From the NCBI GenBank assembly GCA_964650485.1, contig CAZYTX010000003.1:57114-121113 (forward strand): DNA of 64,000 nucleotides, given 5' to 3'. The position numbers were made by a program, and so were the translations under genes. This stretch comes from an uncultured bacterium. Lineage in GTDB: Bacteria > RBG-13-61-14 > DATKZS01. Under the pieces are notes generated by a model. It did no database searches. It worked only from the letters and a program-made list of their open reading frames with translations, and was not told the DNA's origin. Positions 45,967 to 55,422 of the stretch are shown piece by piece; positions within the stretch are counted from its first letter, which is position 1, and each line of letters opens with the position of its first letter.

Positions 45967-47133
45967 TTATTTAACCTCGAACCTGGAACGCAGGTCTTCA
46001 AGCCGCTTCACGATCCCGCCGTACTCCAACTCCTTCATGCCCAGCATGGCGCAGCCGGAGAACCCCTGCTCCCTGATGTAAACCGACTTCTGGGCGGCCT
46101 TCTGCCGGACCGTGTCCCAGAAGGGGTGCGCGAACACGTCCGCGGGCTCGGTAAAGATGCCATCCCTCACCGAGAAGGCGGCGCCGGTCACCACCGGCGG
46201 GCCGTCGAAGTACGATATGTCCGTGTTGAGCTTGCACGGCATCATGGGACCCACGTGAGAGCCCCGCATGAACCCGGCCACGTAATGGCAGCGCTCGAAC
46301 GGGAGCAGTATCTCCCCGGTGGCCGGGAACTCGCCCTGGGTGCGCACCAGCATCACCGGGTCATCCTTGCCGGTGTACTTGCCGGCGATGTTGTGCAGCC
46401 TGGTGGTGGATATGGCCGCGGCCTGGTTGCCGGTCTCTCCCGACCATATGCTCTCCACCACGTACCTCTGGTTGTCACGGAGGAGCGCGGCGATGTCGTA
46501 GAGGTCTCGGGGTGCGGAGAGCTCGACGATCATGTCGCCGGGCGGGTTCTCCTCCGCTTCAGAGCAGGCCACGTCGTGGAGATGGTAATTGCCGCATTGC
46601 GAGCACTCGGTGTACTCCACGTCCATTATGCGGAACTTGAACCCTTTGAACATCTTGGGGCTGAGCATCAGTCCGGGGTTGATCATGGGGTCGGCAAAAC
46701 CGAGATACAATGGCAGGTTATACGCTCCCGGGTCGGTCTTGTCCGCGGCGAAGAACACGAACGGCTCGTTCTCGCGCTCATCGAACTCCATCTCGGCCAC
46801 TGCCGGCCCCATGCCCCTGACGTTGCCGGAGAAGGCGTCCTTCAAAAGGTCCTGGCCCGCCCCGTAAAGCCCCTGCTTCTTGGCCACGTTCTCGGTGGCG
46901 TGGTTGAACGCGTCCCAGGCGAACTGGTGCACCTTCTCGTCGTCAACGCCCCGCTCGTGGCTCATGAGGATCCCGATGTCGTCCCCGGTGTGGCCCACGT
47001 AGCAGTCTATTATGAGCTTGCCCTTCTGGTCCTCGGCCGCCTTCCTCACCGCATCCACCAGATTTTGGCTGGGTTTAATGTGTCCCCCGATGCTGCCGAT
47101 GTCCGCCTTGATTACAGACAAAGTGACCTTCAA
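45967..47133 (-). CDS. fbp: Fructose-1,6-bisphosphate aldolase/phosphatase (class V, archaeal-type bifunctional FBPase)
   Basis: MKVTLSVIKADIGSIGGHIKPSQ...IIDCYVGHTGDDIGILMSHERG...; about 388 aa, the characteristic N-terminus of FBP aldolase/phosphatase. Confidence 0.9.
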   Translation of the reverse strand: MKVTLSVIKADIGSIGGHIKPSQNLVDAVRKAAEDQKGKLIIDCYVGHTGDDIGILMSHERGVDDEKVHQFAWDAFNHATENVAKKQGLYGAGQDLLKDAFSGNVRGMGPAVAEMEFDERENEPFVFFAADKTDPGAYNLPLYLGFADPMINPGLMLSPKMFKGFKFRIMDVEYTECSQCGNYHLHDVACSEAEENPPGDMIVELSAPRDLYDIAALLRDNQRYVVESIWSGETGNQAAAISTTRLHNIAGKYTGKDDPVMLVRTQGEFPATGEILLPFERCHYVAGFMRGSHVGPMMPCKLNTDISYFDGPPVVTGAAFSVRDGIFTEPADVFAHPFWDTVRQKAAQKSVYIREQGFSGCAMLGMKELEYGGIVKRLEDLRSRFEVK

Positions 47134-47281
47134 GATAAAAACCCCCTTTCACCTCCGGCTTTGTTTTAAGTATCCCTTTCACTTGATGAGGCCCTCTACT
47201 GCGCACTGCCGCCGGTAAGCACGCACATGTCCTACATCATAAGGGTTTTATTTTAAAAATTTAAGAATGATCTTTTTTGCT

Positions 47282-47295
47282 TGCAACATGTTGCA
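47282..47295. promoter_or_regulatory. Perfect 14-bp palindrome TGCAACATGTTGCA about 150 bp upstream of fbp; candidate dimeric-regulator operator
   Basis: Exact self-complementary 14-mer in the ubiA-fbp intergenic region. It is not followed by a U-tract on either strand, so it is unlikely to be a terminator. Confidence 0.3.
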
Positions 47296-47353
47296 GTTGC
47301 CGGAAAACTACCGAGCGCCTGGCTCTTCAGCGGCAGTATGAAGCATAATGAGA

Positions 47354-48259
47354 TCATATCAAAGACAAGACCGTTTTGCCATAGAGCACCAGGAACACGG
47401 AAGCGAACCATAGGAGTATGTTGACTATCAGGGGCGCGTCCGAGAGGAACACCCTTGATGGCGAGCCGCCCATGTTCTTCTGGTGCACCAGGTAGAGGTA
47501 GCGGAAGATCCCGTAACACACGAAGGGGACCGACCAGAAAAGCGCCCGGGTCCCGAACTTGGACACGGTCCCCGGCCATATGGTCCACAAGGCGTATGCC
47601 ATCACCGTGCTGGCCGTGGACATGGCTATCATCTGGTCCAGGAACCCGATGCTGTAGTGCGCAAGGGATGCCCGGTGGTTGAGGGTGGACTGGGGAAGGC
47701 CCAGCTCGTGCCGCCTCTTGCAGAAAGCCAGGAACAATGACCCCAGCAGCGTGCACAGTATGATCCAGGTGGATATCTCTATCTTGGGATCGAACAGCCG
47801 CAGGGCCTCGGCGCCGGCAAGTATGCGGAGCACGAACCCGAAGGCCACTGAAAAGGCGTCTATGATAACAAGCCCCTTGAGGCGGAAGGAGTAGGCCAGG
47901 TTGAGGACAACGTACGCGGCCACTATCGCGGTCACCATGGGCCTTATGGAAAGGCTTATGATAGCGGAGACCAGGAAAAGCATTGACATGGAGACGATGG
48001 CCGCGCCAATGCCCAGCCTGCCCGAGGCCACCGGCCTGTCCTTCTTCTCCGGGTGCAGGCGGTCAGCCTCGCGGTCAACCACGTCGTTTAGAAGGTAGAC
48101 GCCGGAAGAAGCCAGGCAGAAACATATGAAGGCCCCTCCCGCGGCTAAAAGCATGTGGGGGTCCAGGAGCCTCTGGGCGAAGGCCACCGGCGCGAACACG
48201 ACCAGGTTCTTGATCCACTGATTGGGCCGCATGCTTATAATTATCTGCCGGACCATCAC
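47354..48259 (-). CDS. UbiA-family decaprenyl-phosphate phosphoribosyltransferase-like prenyltransferase
   Basis: YLLNDVVDREADRLHPEKKDRPVASG (NDxxDxxxD motif), 8-9 TM helices; resembles DPPR synthase (Rv3806c-type). Confidence 0.8.
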   Translation of the reverse strand: MMVRQIIISMRPNQWIKNLVVFAPVAFAQRLLDPHMLLAAGGAFICFCLASSGVYLLNDVVDREADRLHPEKKDRPVASGRLGIGAAIVSMSMLFLVSAIISLSIRPMVTAIVAAYVVLNLAYSFRLKGLVIIDAFSVAFGFVLRILAGAEALRLFDPKIEISTWIILCTLLGSLFLAFCKRRHELGLPQSTLNHRASLAHYSIGFLDQMIAMSTASTVMAYALWTIWPGTVSKFGTRALFWSVPFVCYGIFRYLYLVHQKNMGGSPSRVFLSDAPLIVNILLWFASVFLVLYGKTVLSLI

Positions 48260-48978
48260 TGGCTCTCCCGCTCCGACTTTGTCACCGGCCTGGCAGGGTT
48301 CCCGGCAACCACCTCGCCAGGCCCCACGTCCCGGGTCACCACCGAGCCCGCGCCGGCCACCGCGTTCTCTGCCATGGTCACCCCGTCCAGTATAACCGAC
48401 CCCGCTCCTATCCAGGCCCCGTCCTTGATCTCAATGCCTTTGGCCTCGATGCCCTGCTCGCGGATGGGCCGACCGCTCTCTTCATAGCGGTGCTCCACCG
48501 CAAGGATCATGGCGCCCGGCGCCACTATCACGTTGTCGCCGAGCCGCACGCCGCCCTGACCGGTGATACATGCGTTCATGCCGATCACGCAGTCCCTGCC
48601 GATGCTGATGCCCGAGCCGGAGAGACCGCGGAAGTTGTACACGTGGAGCACCGCGCCCTGCATCAGCCTGGCGCCCGCGCCCAGGTGCAGCCCGCCCGGG
48701 CGGCCGTGAAGGTAGACCCCCCTGTCAATGAAGACGCCCCTTTCAACCCTTATATGCTGCGCTCCCAGCACGCGCACCCCCCTCTCCATGACAAAGCCGC
48801 CGGCGCCCTGGAGCCATATCCTGGACCACATGGAGCGCAGGGAAGTTCCAGCCAGGCCGGGCAACCAGGACACCCCCGCGATCATGCAGTCTCTCACCCA
48901 CCCGGAAAAGCCCCCGTGCAGGGCCTCCAGGTATCGGCCGGACATGTGAAAAGCGGAAAAGTCCTTTCCGTGACCCAT
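48256..48978 (-). CDS. Hexapeptide-repeat acetyltransferase (left-handed beta-helix, WcaF/WbbJ-like)
   Basis: The 240 aa from MGHGKDF... contain repeated [LIV]GxxxxI hexapeptides (IGRDCVIGMNACITGQGGVRLGDNVIVAPGAMIL). 4-nt overlap with the ubiA-like start. The rest of the 661-aa track ORF is spurious. Confidence 0.75.
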   Translation of the reverse strand: MGHGKDFSAFHMSGRYLEALHGGFSGWVRDCMIAGVSWLPGLAGTSLRSMWSRIWLQGAGGFVMERGVRVLGAQHIRVERGVFIDRGVYLHGRPGGLHLGAGARLMQGAVLHVYNFRGLSGSGISIGRDCVIGMNACITGQGGVRLGDNVIVAPGAMILAVEHRYEESGRPIREQGIEAKGIEIKDGAWIGAGSVILDGVTMAENAVAGAGSVVTRDVGPGEVVAGNPARPVTKSERESQ

Positions 48979-49017
48979 TAAACTAAGAATTTTACACCAT
49001 ACAAAGGAGAGGATAAA

Positions 49018-50556
49018 ATGAGTGTGCAAAGGAGGACAATAATGCGATGGAACACTTTGAAAGCGGGGACACTTTTGTGGCTGGCATGCGCCTGTGTTTT
49101 CACTGCCGGGCCCTCCGGGGTAATTCAGGCTGGAGTGGCGCCGGAAAAAGGTGTCGAGCACCGCTCGCCGGGTCTCGAGGTGTCTGGCGAGCGCGAGGCC
49201 GGTCACTGGGAGGCCGGCTTCGATGCAGTCTACGAGACGCTGCTCATGAACCTTCACGAGCCCGGCTCCTTCTTTAAGACCCGCTACGCCTTTCCCTCCC
49301 CCATATTCAGGGGCGTATACCTGTGGGACACGGCCTTCACCTCCCAGGTGTGGAAGATATGGGACGCGGAGACCGCGCGGGAGATCAACTGGACGGTGAT
49401 GGCGCGCGCGGACCAGGGCAGGCTGCAGCACTTCATGAGCAAGTGGGACCAGAGCGAGTACACCCAGCCGCCGGTGATGGCCTGGTCGGTGTGGGAGAAC
49501 CACCTGTGGGACCCTGACCGCGATTACCTGGCAAAGGCGTACCCGGTGCTTGAGCAGTACAACGCCTGGCTGTACGAGAACCGCAGGCTCGCAAACGGGC
49601 TGTTCTTCTGGGCCCATCCATACGAGTCCGGCATAGACAACTCGCCCAGGTTCGGCTCCGCCAGCGAGATAACGGTAAGGGACATGGAGGGCCTGGCCGC
49701 GGTGGACCTGTGCTCGTACGTGGTCATGCAGAACCGGGTGCTGGCAGAGATGGCCGAAGAACTCGGGAAGACCGGCCCCGCGGCCGAGTTCAAGAAGAAG
49801 GCGGACGTGCTTGCCGGCCTGGTGAACTCCATGATGTGGGACGAGGAGAGCGGCTACTATTACGACCTCGACGTGGACACCGGGAAGCTCGTCAATGTCC
49901 GGACCATAGCCTCCCTGTTCCCTCTCTTCGCCGGCATTCCCGGAGACTACCGCGCAAAGATACTGCGCGACCACGTGATGAACCCGGCCGTGTTCAACAC
50001 CAAGATACCCTTGCCCACCGTGGCCCGTGACGACCCCGAGTTTGAGAGGGACATGTGGCGGGGGCCGGTATGGGTGAACGCCGCCTACATGGTGATAAAG
50101 GGACTTGAGAGGTACGGGTACAAGGACGAGGCCGCAAAGCTCGCCTTCAAGCTGGTGGACGGGGTGTACACCACGCGAGAGAACACGGGCAAGCTGGTCG
50201 AGTTCTACGATCCCGACCGCTTCGACATAAAGAAGCTCCACCGCAAAAAGGGCAACCTCTACAAGGCCTTCACCCTGGGCACCAAGCCCAGGCCCAACTT
50301 CGTGGGATGGACCGGGCTGGTGAACACCATGGTGGTGGAGCAGTTAATAGGGTTCCACAAGCAAAGAGACGAGAGGGTGATCGAGCCGCGAATGCCTGAC
50401 CAGGCCAGCGGAGCAATGGTCACCCTGACAATTCCCGCGGACAATTTAAGCATCCACATGAAGGTGATGGACGGGGGCCGGACAAGCGGAAAGATTATTG
50501 CGGACGACAAAGAGATAGAGTTTTTCCTCCAGAGAGGCGAGAGGCTGAGCTTTTAG
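49018..50556 (+). CDS. Secreted (alpha/alpha)6-barrel glycoside hydrolase (GH63/mannosylglycerate-hydrolase-like)
   Basis: Signal peptide, then ...GLFFWAHPYESGIDNSPRF...MWRGPVWVNAAYMVIKGL, typical of GH63/GH37-clan barrels. Family-level call only. Confidence 0.5.
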   Translation: MSVQRRTIMRWNTLKAGTLLWLACACVFTAGPSGVIQAGVAPEKGVEHRSPGLEVSGEREAGHWEAGFDAVYETLLMNLHEPGSFFKTRYAFPSPIFRGVYLWDTAFTSQVWKIWDAETAREINWTVMARADQGRLQHFMSKWDQSEYTQPPVMAWSVWENHLWDPDRDYLAKAYPVLEQYNAWLYENRRLANGLFFWAHPYESGIDNSPRFGSASEITVRDMEGLAAVDLCSYVVMQNRVLAEMAEELGKTGPAAEFKKKADVLAGLVNSMMWDEESGYYYDLDVDTGKLVNVRTIASLFPLFAGIPGDYRAKILRDHVMNPAVFNTKIPLPTVARDDPEFERDMWRGPVWVNAAYMVIKGLERYGYKDEAAKLAFKLVDGVYTTRENTGKLVEFYDPDRFDIKKLHRKKGNLYKAFTLGTKPRPNFVGWTGLVNTMVVEQLIGFHKQRDERVIEPRMPDQASGAMVTLTIPADNLSIHMKVMDGGRTSGKIIADDKEIEFFLQRGERLSF

Positions 50557-50579
50557 CAAGCGGTCGAGAAGACTTATCC

Positions 50580-50955
50580 ATGCACCTTATAACCGGCGGC
50601 AGCGGAGTCCTGGGCAGGGCGCTCACGCGTGAGCTATTGGACCGGGGTCTACTCCAGGAACAAGCTCGAGTGCGAACAGAGGCTTTCAGAGCTCTCGGGG
50701 AAGACCGGCCTCGAGGCGAGCTTCCCCCGGATGCCCATGATATTCGGGCCCGGGTTCTACCACGAGCCCTCCATGATGCTGCTCATGAGGCTCATAAACC
50801 GGTCGCTGCCCGTGCCCGTGGTTGCAAGCCCGGACGCTCCCTGGGCCTCGGTGAGCTCCGCGGACACCAAGATAACAAGCCGCAGCAAGATTCAACAGCG
50901 GCTTTGGGACCTCTTTGGCCTTGACGTCATGGAAAGCCTTTTAACCATACACTAA
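50580..50955 (+). pseudogene. Remnant of an NAD-dependent epimerase/dehydratase gene (internal deletion plus frameshift)
   Basis: Frame 1 starts MHLITGGSGVLGRALTRELLDRG (Rossmann GxxGxxG). About 17 codons later, in frame +1, YSRNKLECEQRL (the YxxxK catalytic motif) and ...MIFGPGF appear. Roughly 120 aa of the normal spacing is missing. Confidence 0.4.
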
Positions 50956-51073
50956 TGGCGGTATAATCCATAATGATCCCGACAAGTTGGAAGCCAGGAT
51001 GAAGGCTAAATAGAAAACTCAGGTTAAAGCGGAGATCACGACAAGAGAGCGAAGTTTCATGTCCTACTCCATT

Positions 51074-52504
51074 TCACGGCTTGTAAAAGAGATACAAGTC
51101 CTTTTGCGGCGCCGGCTGGTATGCTTCAAGCTTTATCTCTCCTTCTTCCACGGAAGTTGCTATAAGGGGCTCGCCTCGGACCACGACCTGCACCCTGCCG
51201 GCGGGGTCCCCTGGAAAGTCGGGCCGCTTTTCTTTGAGCTTTTCGAGTTTGATTTCAGCCGCGCCAGCGGAGGCTGTGAACTCCTGCTGGTCTAGCCTTA
51301 TGCACTCGACCTCGGAGGCCCCCTCGATGACCGCCCGTGGCATCCTGGACACCTGTGTCGCTGCCAGGAGGAGGCCGCCCACGCCGTAGGTGGCGCTGTG
51401 ATTCTCGAAGTCCCTTTTTACGGGCCCGCGTCCCACTGGCTGCACGCGCATGACCTTGCCCGAGTCCTTGACCGAGAGATCCAGGAAGTGCCACGCCTTC
51501 TGCACCACCGGCAGGTACTCTTCTTCCGGCAGGTGCCCCCGGTTTATCATGTATGCCAGCATGTATGTAAAGAATGCGCTGCCCGAGTTCTCGGGCATCT
51601 TGTAGTTCGCGAGATCGAGTACGTCCGAGTTCCATGTGCCCACGATGTTGCGATTTTGCTTCAGGGTCTTGGCCATCTGCCTGAGCTGGTCCACTAACCA
51701 CTTTGCGTCTTTCTCGTATGAAGGCTCGTCCTTTAGAACGTCCAGGACCTTCACGTAGCCCGCGGCCACCCAGCCGTTGCCGCGTCCCCACTGGTACTCG
51801 CCTATGCTCCTCTTGTCGTGCCAGTAGAGCCCGGTCTCCGGGTCTTTCAAGATGTCCGCGTATGCGCGGCAGTACTCCATGGCGATGGTGCGGGCGTCCT
51901 TGTTGTTCGGTATACCCTTGCTTCCTGCCGCGCGACCCCTCCTGGCAAGGAAGGGCGGCACCATGTGAAGGTCGTCGTTCCAGAACCGCATCCAGTAGTC
52001 GTCGTAGCCCGTGCCCCTTTGCGCCGGCTTCCTCCCCTTTACGATGAACTCGATCATGCCGTCGGTGAGCTCCAAGTGTTTTGATGTCCGGCCCGACCTC
52101 TCGTAAAGCCAGATATAGGTCTGGCCCGCGCACACCGCGTCGCCGTGGAAGACCCAGAAGGGGTAGCCCCCCGGGTCCCGGTCGGCCCAAGCCTCCAGGT
52201 AGTCCATGTACCTGGGCACTTCCCGGCCGGTCTCGGAAAGCCGGTCGTAGAGCGCGGCCACCCCGGACATCAGGGTCGAGTCCTCCCAGTAAAGGTTGTG
52301 GTGCACATTGATTGCAGGCATTGCTCTATCGTCCCGGATGACTTCCCCGAACAGCTCGTGATCGGCCGCGGCCACGGCAACGGCCAGAGGACCCCTGCCA
52401 CTCTCGCGCTCTCCGGCGCCCGCGGACAGGGCCGCGGAGAGCGGGAGCGAAAGCAGGGCAATCATGCCTGCTATGAAAGTGATACTTTTATTGCCGGGCT
52501 TCAT
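51074..52504 (-). CDS. Unsaturated glucuronyl/rhamnogalacturonyl hydrolase (GH88/GH105 family), secreted
   Basis: Signal peptide MKPGNKSITFIAGMIALLSLPLSA; WNDDLHMVPPFLARRG and RGNGWVAAGYVKVLDVL, characteristic of the YteR/UGL (alpha/alpha)6 family. Confidence 0.75.
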   Translation of the reverse strand: MKPGNKSITFIAGMIALLSLPLSAALSAGAGERESGRGPLAVAVAAADHELFGEVIRDDRAMPAINVHHNLYWEDSTLMSGVAALYDRLSETGREVPRYMDYLEAWADRDPGGYPFWVFHGDAVCAGQTYIWLYERSGRTSKHLELTDGMIEFIVKGRKPAQRGTGYDDYWMRFWNDDLHMVPPFLARRGRAAGSKGIPNNKDARTIAMEYCRAYADILKDPETGLYWHDKRSIGEYQWGRGNGWVAAGYVKVLDVLKDEPSYEKDAKWLVDQLRQMAKTLKQNRNIVGTWNSDVLDLANYKMPENSGSAFFTYMLAYMINRGHLPEEEYLPVVQKAWHFLDLSVKDSGKVMRVQPVGRGPVKRDFENHSATYGVGGLLLAATQVSRMPRAVIEGASEVECIRLDQQEFTASAGAAEIKLEKLKEKRPDFPGDPAGRVQVVVRGEPLIATSVEEGEIKLEAYQPAPQKDLYLFYKP

Positions 52505-52576
52505 CCCGTTTCCTTTCTTCCTTATCAATCTCAAGCGTATAAGTGCCTCTACACGATCCATTGGCATCAGGCACAA

Positions 52577-53341
52577 TCAGAACTTCCCGTGCCGGCCGCC
52601 GCCTGATGTGAACCTCACAAGTCCCTCGGCCATCTCCGGGCTGGAAAGGGAAGTCATGCCCCTCTTGAACTCGTTCTTGATGGCATCATCGAAAGACAAG
52701 CCGAACTGCTCGTAGGCCGAGAGCCTGTCCTGGTTCATGCACACCTGGGGGAACTCGGCGAGCTCAGCCGCGATCTTCTCGGCCTCCTGTCTGGATGATC
52801 CGTCCTCCACCACACGGTTTGCCAGCCCGAAGGCATAAGCCTCCTCCGCGGCCACCGGCCTGCCGGTGAGTATCATGTCCATGGCCCGGGACAGGCCGAT
52901 CAGCCGGGGCAGGCGCACCGTGCCCCCGTCTATCAGGGGCACGCCCCACCTCCTGCAGAACACGCCGAACACCGCGCTCTTCTCCACAACCCGCATGTCG
53001 CACCACAGGGCAAGCTCCAGCCCGCCGGCCACGGCGTAGCCTGCCACCGCGGCGATCACCGGCTTCGAGAGGGTGAGCCGGGAGGGACCCATGGGCCCGT
53101 CACCTTCCTCCCGGGCGCGGTTGCTCCCTTCGCCCGAGGCCACGGCCATGAGGTCCGCGCCGGCGCAAAAGTTTCCGCCCCTGCCCCAGAGCACCGCCAC
53201 CCGCAGGGAGTCGTCCTTGTCGAACTCGCGGAAGGCCTCGGCCAGAGCCTCCGCTGTGGGCCTGTCCACAGCGTTCCTCTTCTCGGGCCGGTCAATGATA
53301 ACGGTCAAGGCCTTGCCGCTCTTCTCCGTTAATACGTTCAT
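52577..53341 (-). CDS. Enoyl-CoA hydratase/isomerase (crotonase family)
   Basis: LTVIIDRPEKRNAVD...FCAGADL...AVAGYAVAGGLELALWCDMRV. Confidence 0.85.
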   Translation of the reverse strand: MNVLTEKSGKALTVIIDRPEKRNAVDRPTAEALAEAFREFDKDDSLRVAVLWGRGGNFCAGADLMAVASGEGSNRAREEGDGPMGPSRLTLSKPVIAAVAGYAVAGGLELALWCDMRVVEKSAVFGVFCRRWGVPLIDGGTVRLPRLIGLSRAMDMILTGRPVAAEEAYAFGLANRVVEDGSSRQEAEKIAAELAEFPQVCMNQDRLSAYEQFGLSFDDAIKNEFKRGMTSLSSPEMAEGLVRFTSGGGRHGKF

Positions 53342-53451
53342 GTATTAACCTCCGCTTGAACACAGACGCCGAGTCGCCAGGAATCAAGAGTTAATAAAAA
53401 CGAGCTCTTCTTCCTTGGCGACTATGGCGCCTTGGCGTTCGTATTTCTTCC

Positions 53452-54285
53452 TCAGACGCTTACGCCATCGAGAAAGTCGAGCACCAGCCTGTTCCAGAGC
53501 TCGGGCTTCTCGATGGGAGGCACGTGCCCGGAGCCGGGTATCTTCTCCAGCCTCGACCCGGGTATGGCCCTTGCCAACTCCTCCTGGGTGGGCATGGGGG
53601 TCAACTGGTCCAGCTCCCCGGCCAGCACCAGGCACGGCGCCTCGATGCCGGCCAATCGCTTCTTGATCTCCTCATGGTCCGCCTGCGGCGCAGATGTGAA
53701 GATGCTCCTTATGGTCCGCGCGTAGCCGATGCCCGGGTCCTGGCTGATCCTCTTTTTTACCAGCTCCACCGTGTCCGGCCGGTTCTCGATGAACTCCTTT
53801 GCGAACATGAGTGAGATGGTGGTGTCGGCAAGCTTTGCCCTTCCGTGCTTCTCCGCTATTGCCGCGGAGGCCTCGAACATCTCCCGCTTCTCTTTAAGAG
53901 CCTCCTTGCTCACGCCCGTTTGAATACCAGCGGAATCCGACAGCACCAGGGAGGCCGTGGCCCCGGGATATGCGATTGCGAACGACCACGAGATCCAGCC
54001 GCCCATTGACAGGCCGGCGATGTGCGCGCGCTCGATCCCGAGATGACCCAAGAGCGCGTGCAGGTCGTCCACGAACTGGGGGATGGAGTAGCCGTCCTCG
54101 GTGGTCTCCGAGCGGCCGTGCCCGCGCACGTCCCACAGGAGAAGCCTGTACTTCTGCTTGAACTCGGGCACCTGCGCCATCCACATGGTGTGATCCCCTC
54201 CCAGCCCGTGGGTGAACACCACGGGGAACCCGCTGCCGTGGGTCTGAAAGAAAATCCTGGCACCGTTTATATTTGCTTCCGCCAT
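53452..54285 (-). CDS. Alpha/beta-fold hydrolase (3-oxoadipate enol-lactonase-like)
   Basis: FPVVFTHGLGGDHTMW...HIAGLSMGGWISW (GxSxG nucleophile elbow). Confidence 0.8.
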   Translation of the reverse strand: MAEANINGARIFFQTHGSGFPVVFTHGLGGDHTMWMAQVPEFKQKYRLLLWDVRGHGRSETTEDGYSIPQFVDDLHALLGHLGIERAHIAGLSMGGWISWSFAIAYPGATASLVLSDSAGIQTGVSKEALKEKREMFEASAAIAEKHGRAKLADTTISLMFAKEFIENRPDTVELVKKRISQDPGIGYARTIRSIFTSAPQADHEEIKKRLAGIEAPCLVLAGELDQLTPMPTQEELARAIPGSRLEKIPGSGHVPPIEKPELWNRLVLDFLDGVSV

Positions 54286-54338
54286 CGCGGACTCCTTTCA
54301 TCCCGGCCGCTGTTTGATGATATTTTAGTATACGGGCT

Positions 54339-55358
54339 TTACTCGATCTCCTTTTTCTTCAGGTTTTTGAAGGCCTTCCTGGTCTTTTCCTCCCACTCGT
54401 TTATGGGGTGCAGCTTCCTGAACTTTACCAGGTTGTTGAACTTCTCCATGCCGGAGTCGAGCTCCTCCTGCCACTCCTTGGTGAACTCGCCCGAGCGGAT
54501 CTCTTCCAGCACCTGCTGCATCTTCTCCTTCACCGGCATGTCGAAGAACCTGGCCCCCCGGGTCATGGACCCGTACTGGCTGGTGTGGGAGTGGAAGTTC
54601 ATCTGGCCCACCATGCCGTACTCGATCATCTTCTGCAGGGTGTATGCGAACTCTCCGGACATGTAGAGCTCGAGCATTATGGCCTCGATGGGGTAGCCTG
54701 CCTCCAGCTGGGTCTCGATGGCCGTGGTTAATACCCTTCCGAATGCGGGGCCGAACCCCTGCTCTGTGAACAGGTCCAGCTCGGCCTCCATGCTCATGGA
54801 AAGCTCCAGGGCCCCGGCCTTGAGTGTGCCCAGCCCCTTTGCCAGGGCCAGCATCTTCTCCTTTGCTTTGCCGGTGGCATCGTTGTGCACGGCCACGAAG
54901 CTGGGGAACCCGGTCCCGTCCACGTAGGAGTCGCGCACTCCCGGGCCGATCATGCGGGGGGCGATCATGATAACGTCCGCTGTCTCGGGCGGCTGAAGGA
55001 GCCCGAAGCCCACGGTGTAGCCGGATGCGAAGTCCAGGGCGGCCCCCTCCTTGAGGTTGGGCGCCACCTCCTCCGCGAACACCCGGGGCATGACCTCGTC
55101 CGGAATGAGCATCATGACCACGTCGCCCTTTTTCACGGCCTCGGCTATGTCGTGGACCTCGAAGCCCATCTGCCGGGCCTCCTCCCTGGCCTCGTCGCCG
55201 CGGTTGCCCACGATAACCGAGAGCCCGGAGTCGCGCAGGTTCTGGGCCTGGGCCTTGCCCTGATTGCCGAAGCCGGCCACCGTTATGGTCTTGCCCTGGA
55301 GCACTCCCAGGTCGCAGTCTTCTTCGTAATAGACCGTCGCCGTTTTTTCCTCTGACAT
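54339..55358 (-). CDS. ilvC: Ketol-acid reductoisomerase (class I)
   Basis: GKTITVAGFGNQGKAQAQNLRDSGL...; C-terminal knotted domain motifs (MSGEFAYT, GARFFD). Confidence 0.9.
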   Translation of the reverse strand: MSEEKTATVYYEEDCDLGVLQGKTITVAGFGNQGKAQAQNLRDSGLSVIVGNRGDEAREEARQMGFEVHDIAEAVKKGDVVMMLIPDEVMPRVFAEEVAPNLKEGAALDFASGYTVGFGLLQPPETADVIMIAPRMIGPGVRDSYVDGTGFPSFVAVHNDATGKAKEKMLALAKGLGTLKAGALELSMSMEAELDLFTEQGFGPAFGRVLTTAIETQLEAGYPIEAIMLELYMSGEFAYTLQKMIEYGMVGQMNFHSHTSQYGSMTRGARFFDMPVKEKMQQVLEEIRSGEFTKEWQEELDSGMEKFNNLVKFRKLHPINEWEEKTRKAFKNLKKKEIE

Positions 55359-55422
55359 CTCTTCCTCCCTTTTCATCTAAATTCCTGGCCGGAATACTAT
55401 CAAGTCTTTATCTTCGGCCAGT

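Noticed and set aside
45928-47169. 413-aa + strand ORF
   Set aside because: It is antisense to fbp, whose N-terminus is diagnostic.
48979-50241. Upstream two-thirds of the 661-aa - strand ORF
   Set aside because: It overlaps the GH63-like gene on the opposite strand. Acetyltransferase homology starts only at the Met at 48978.
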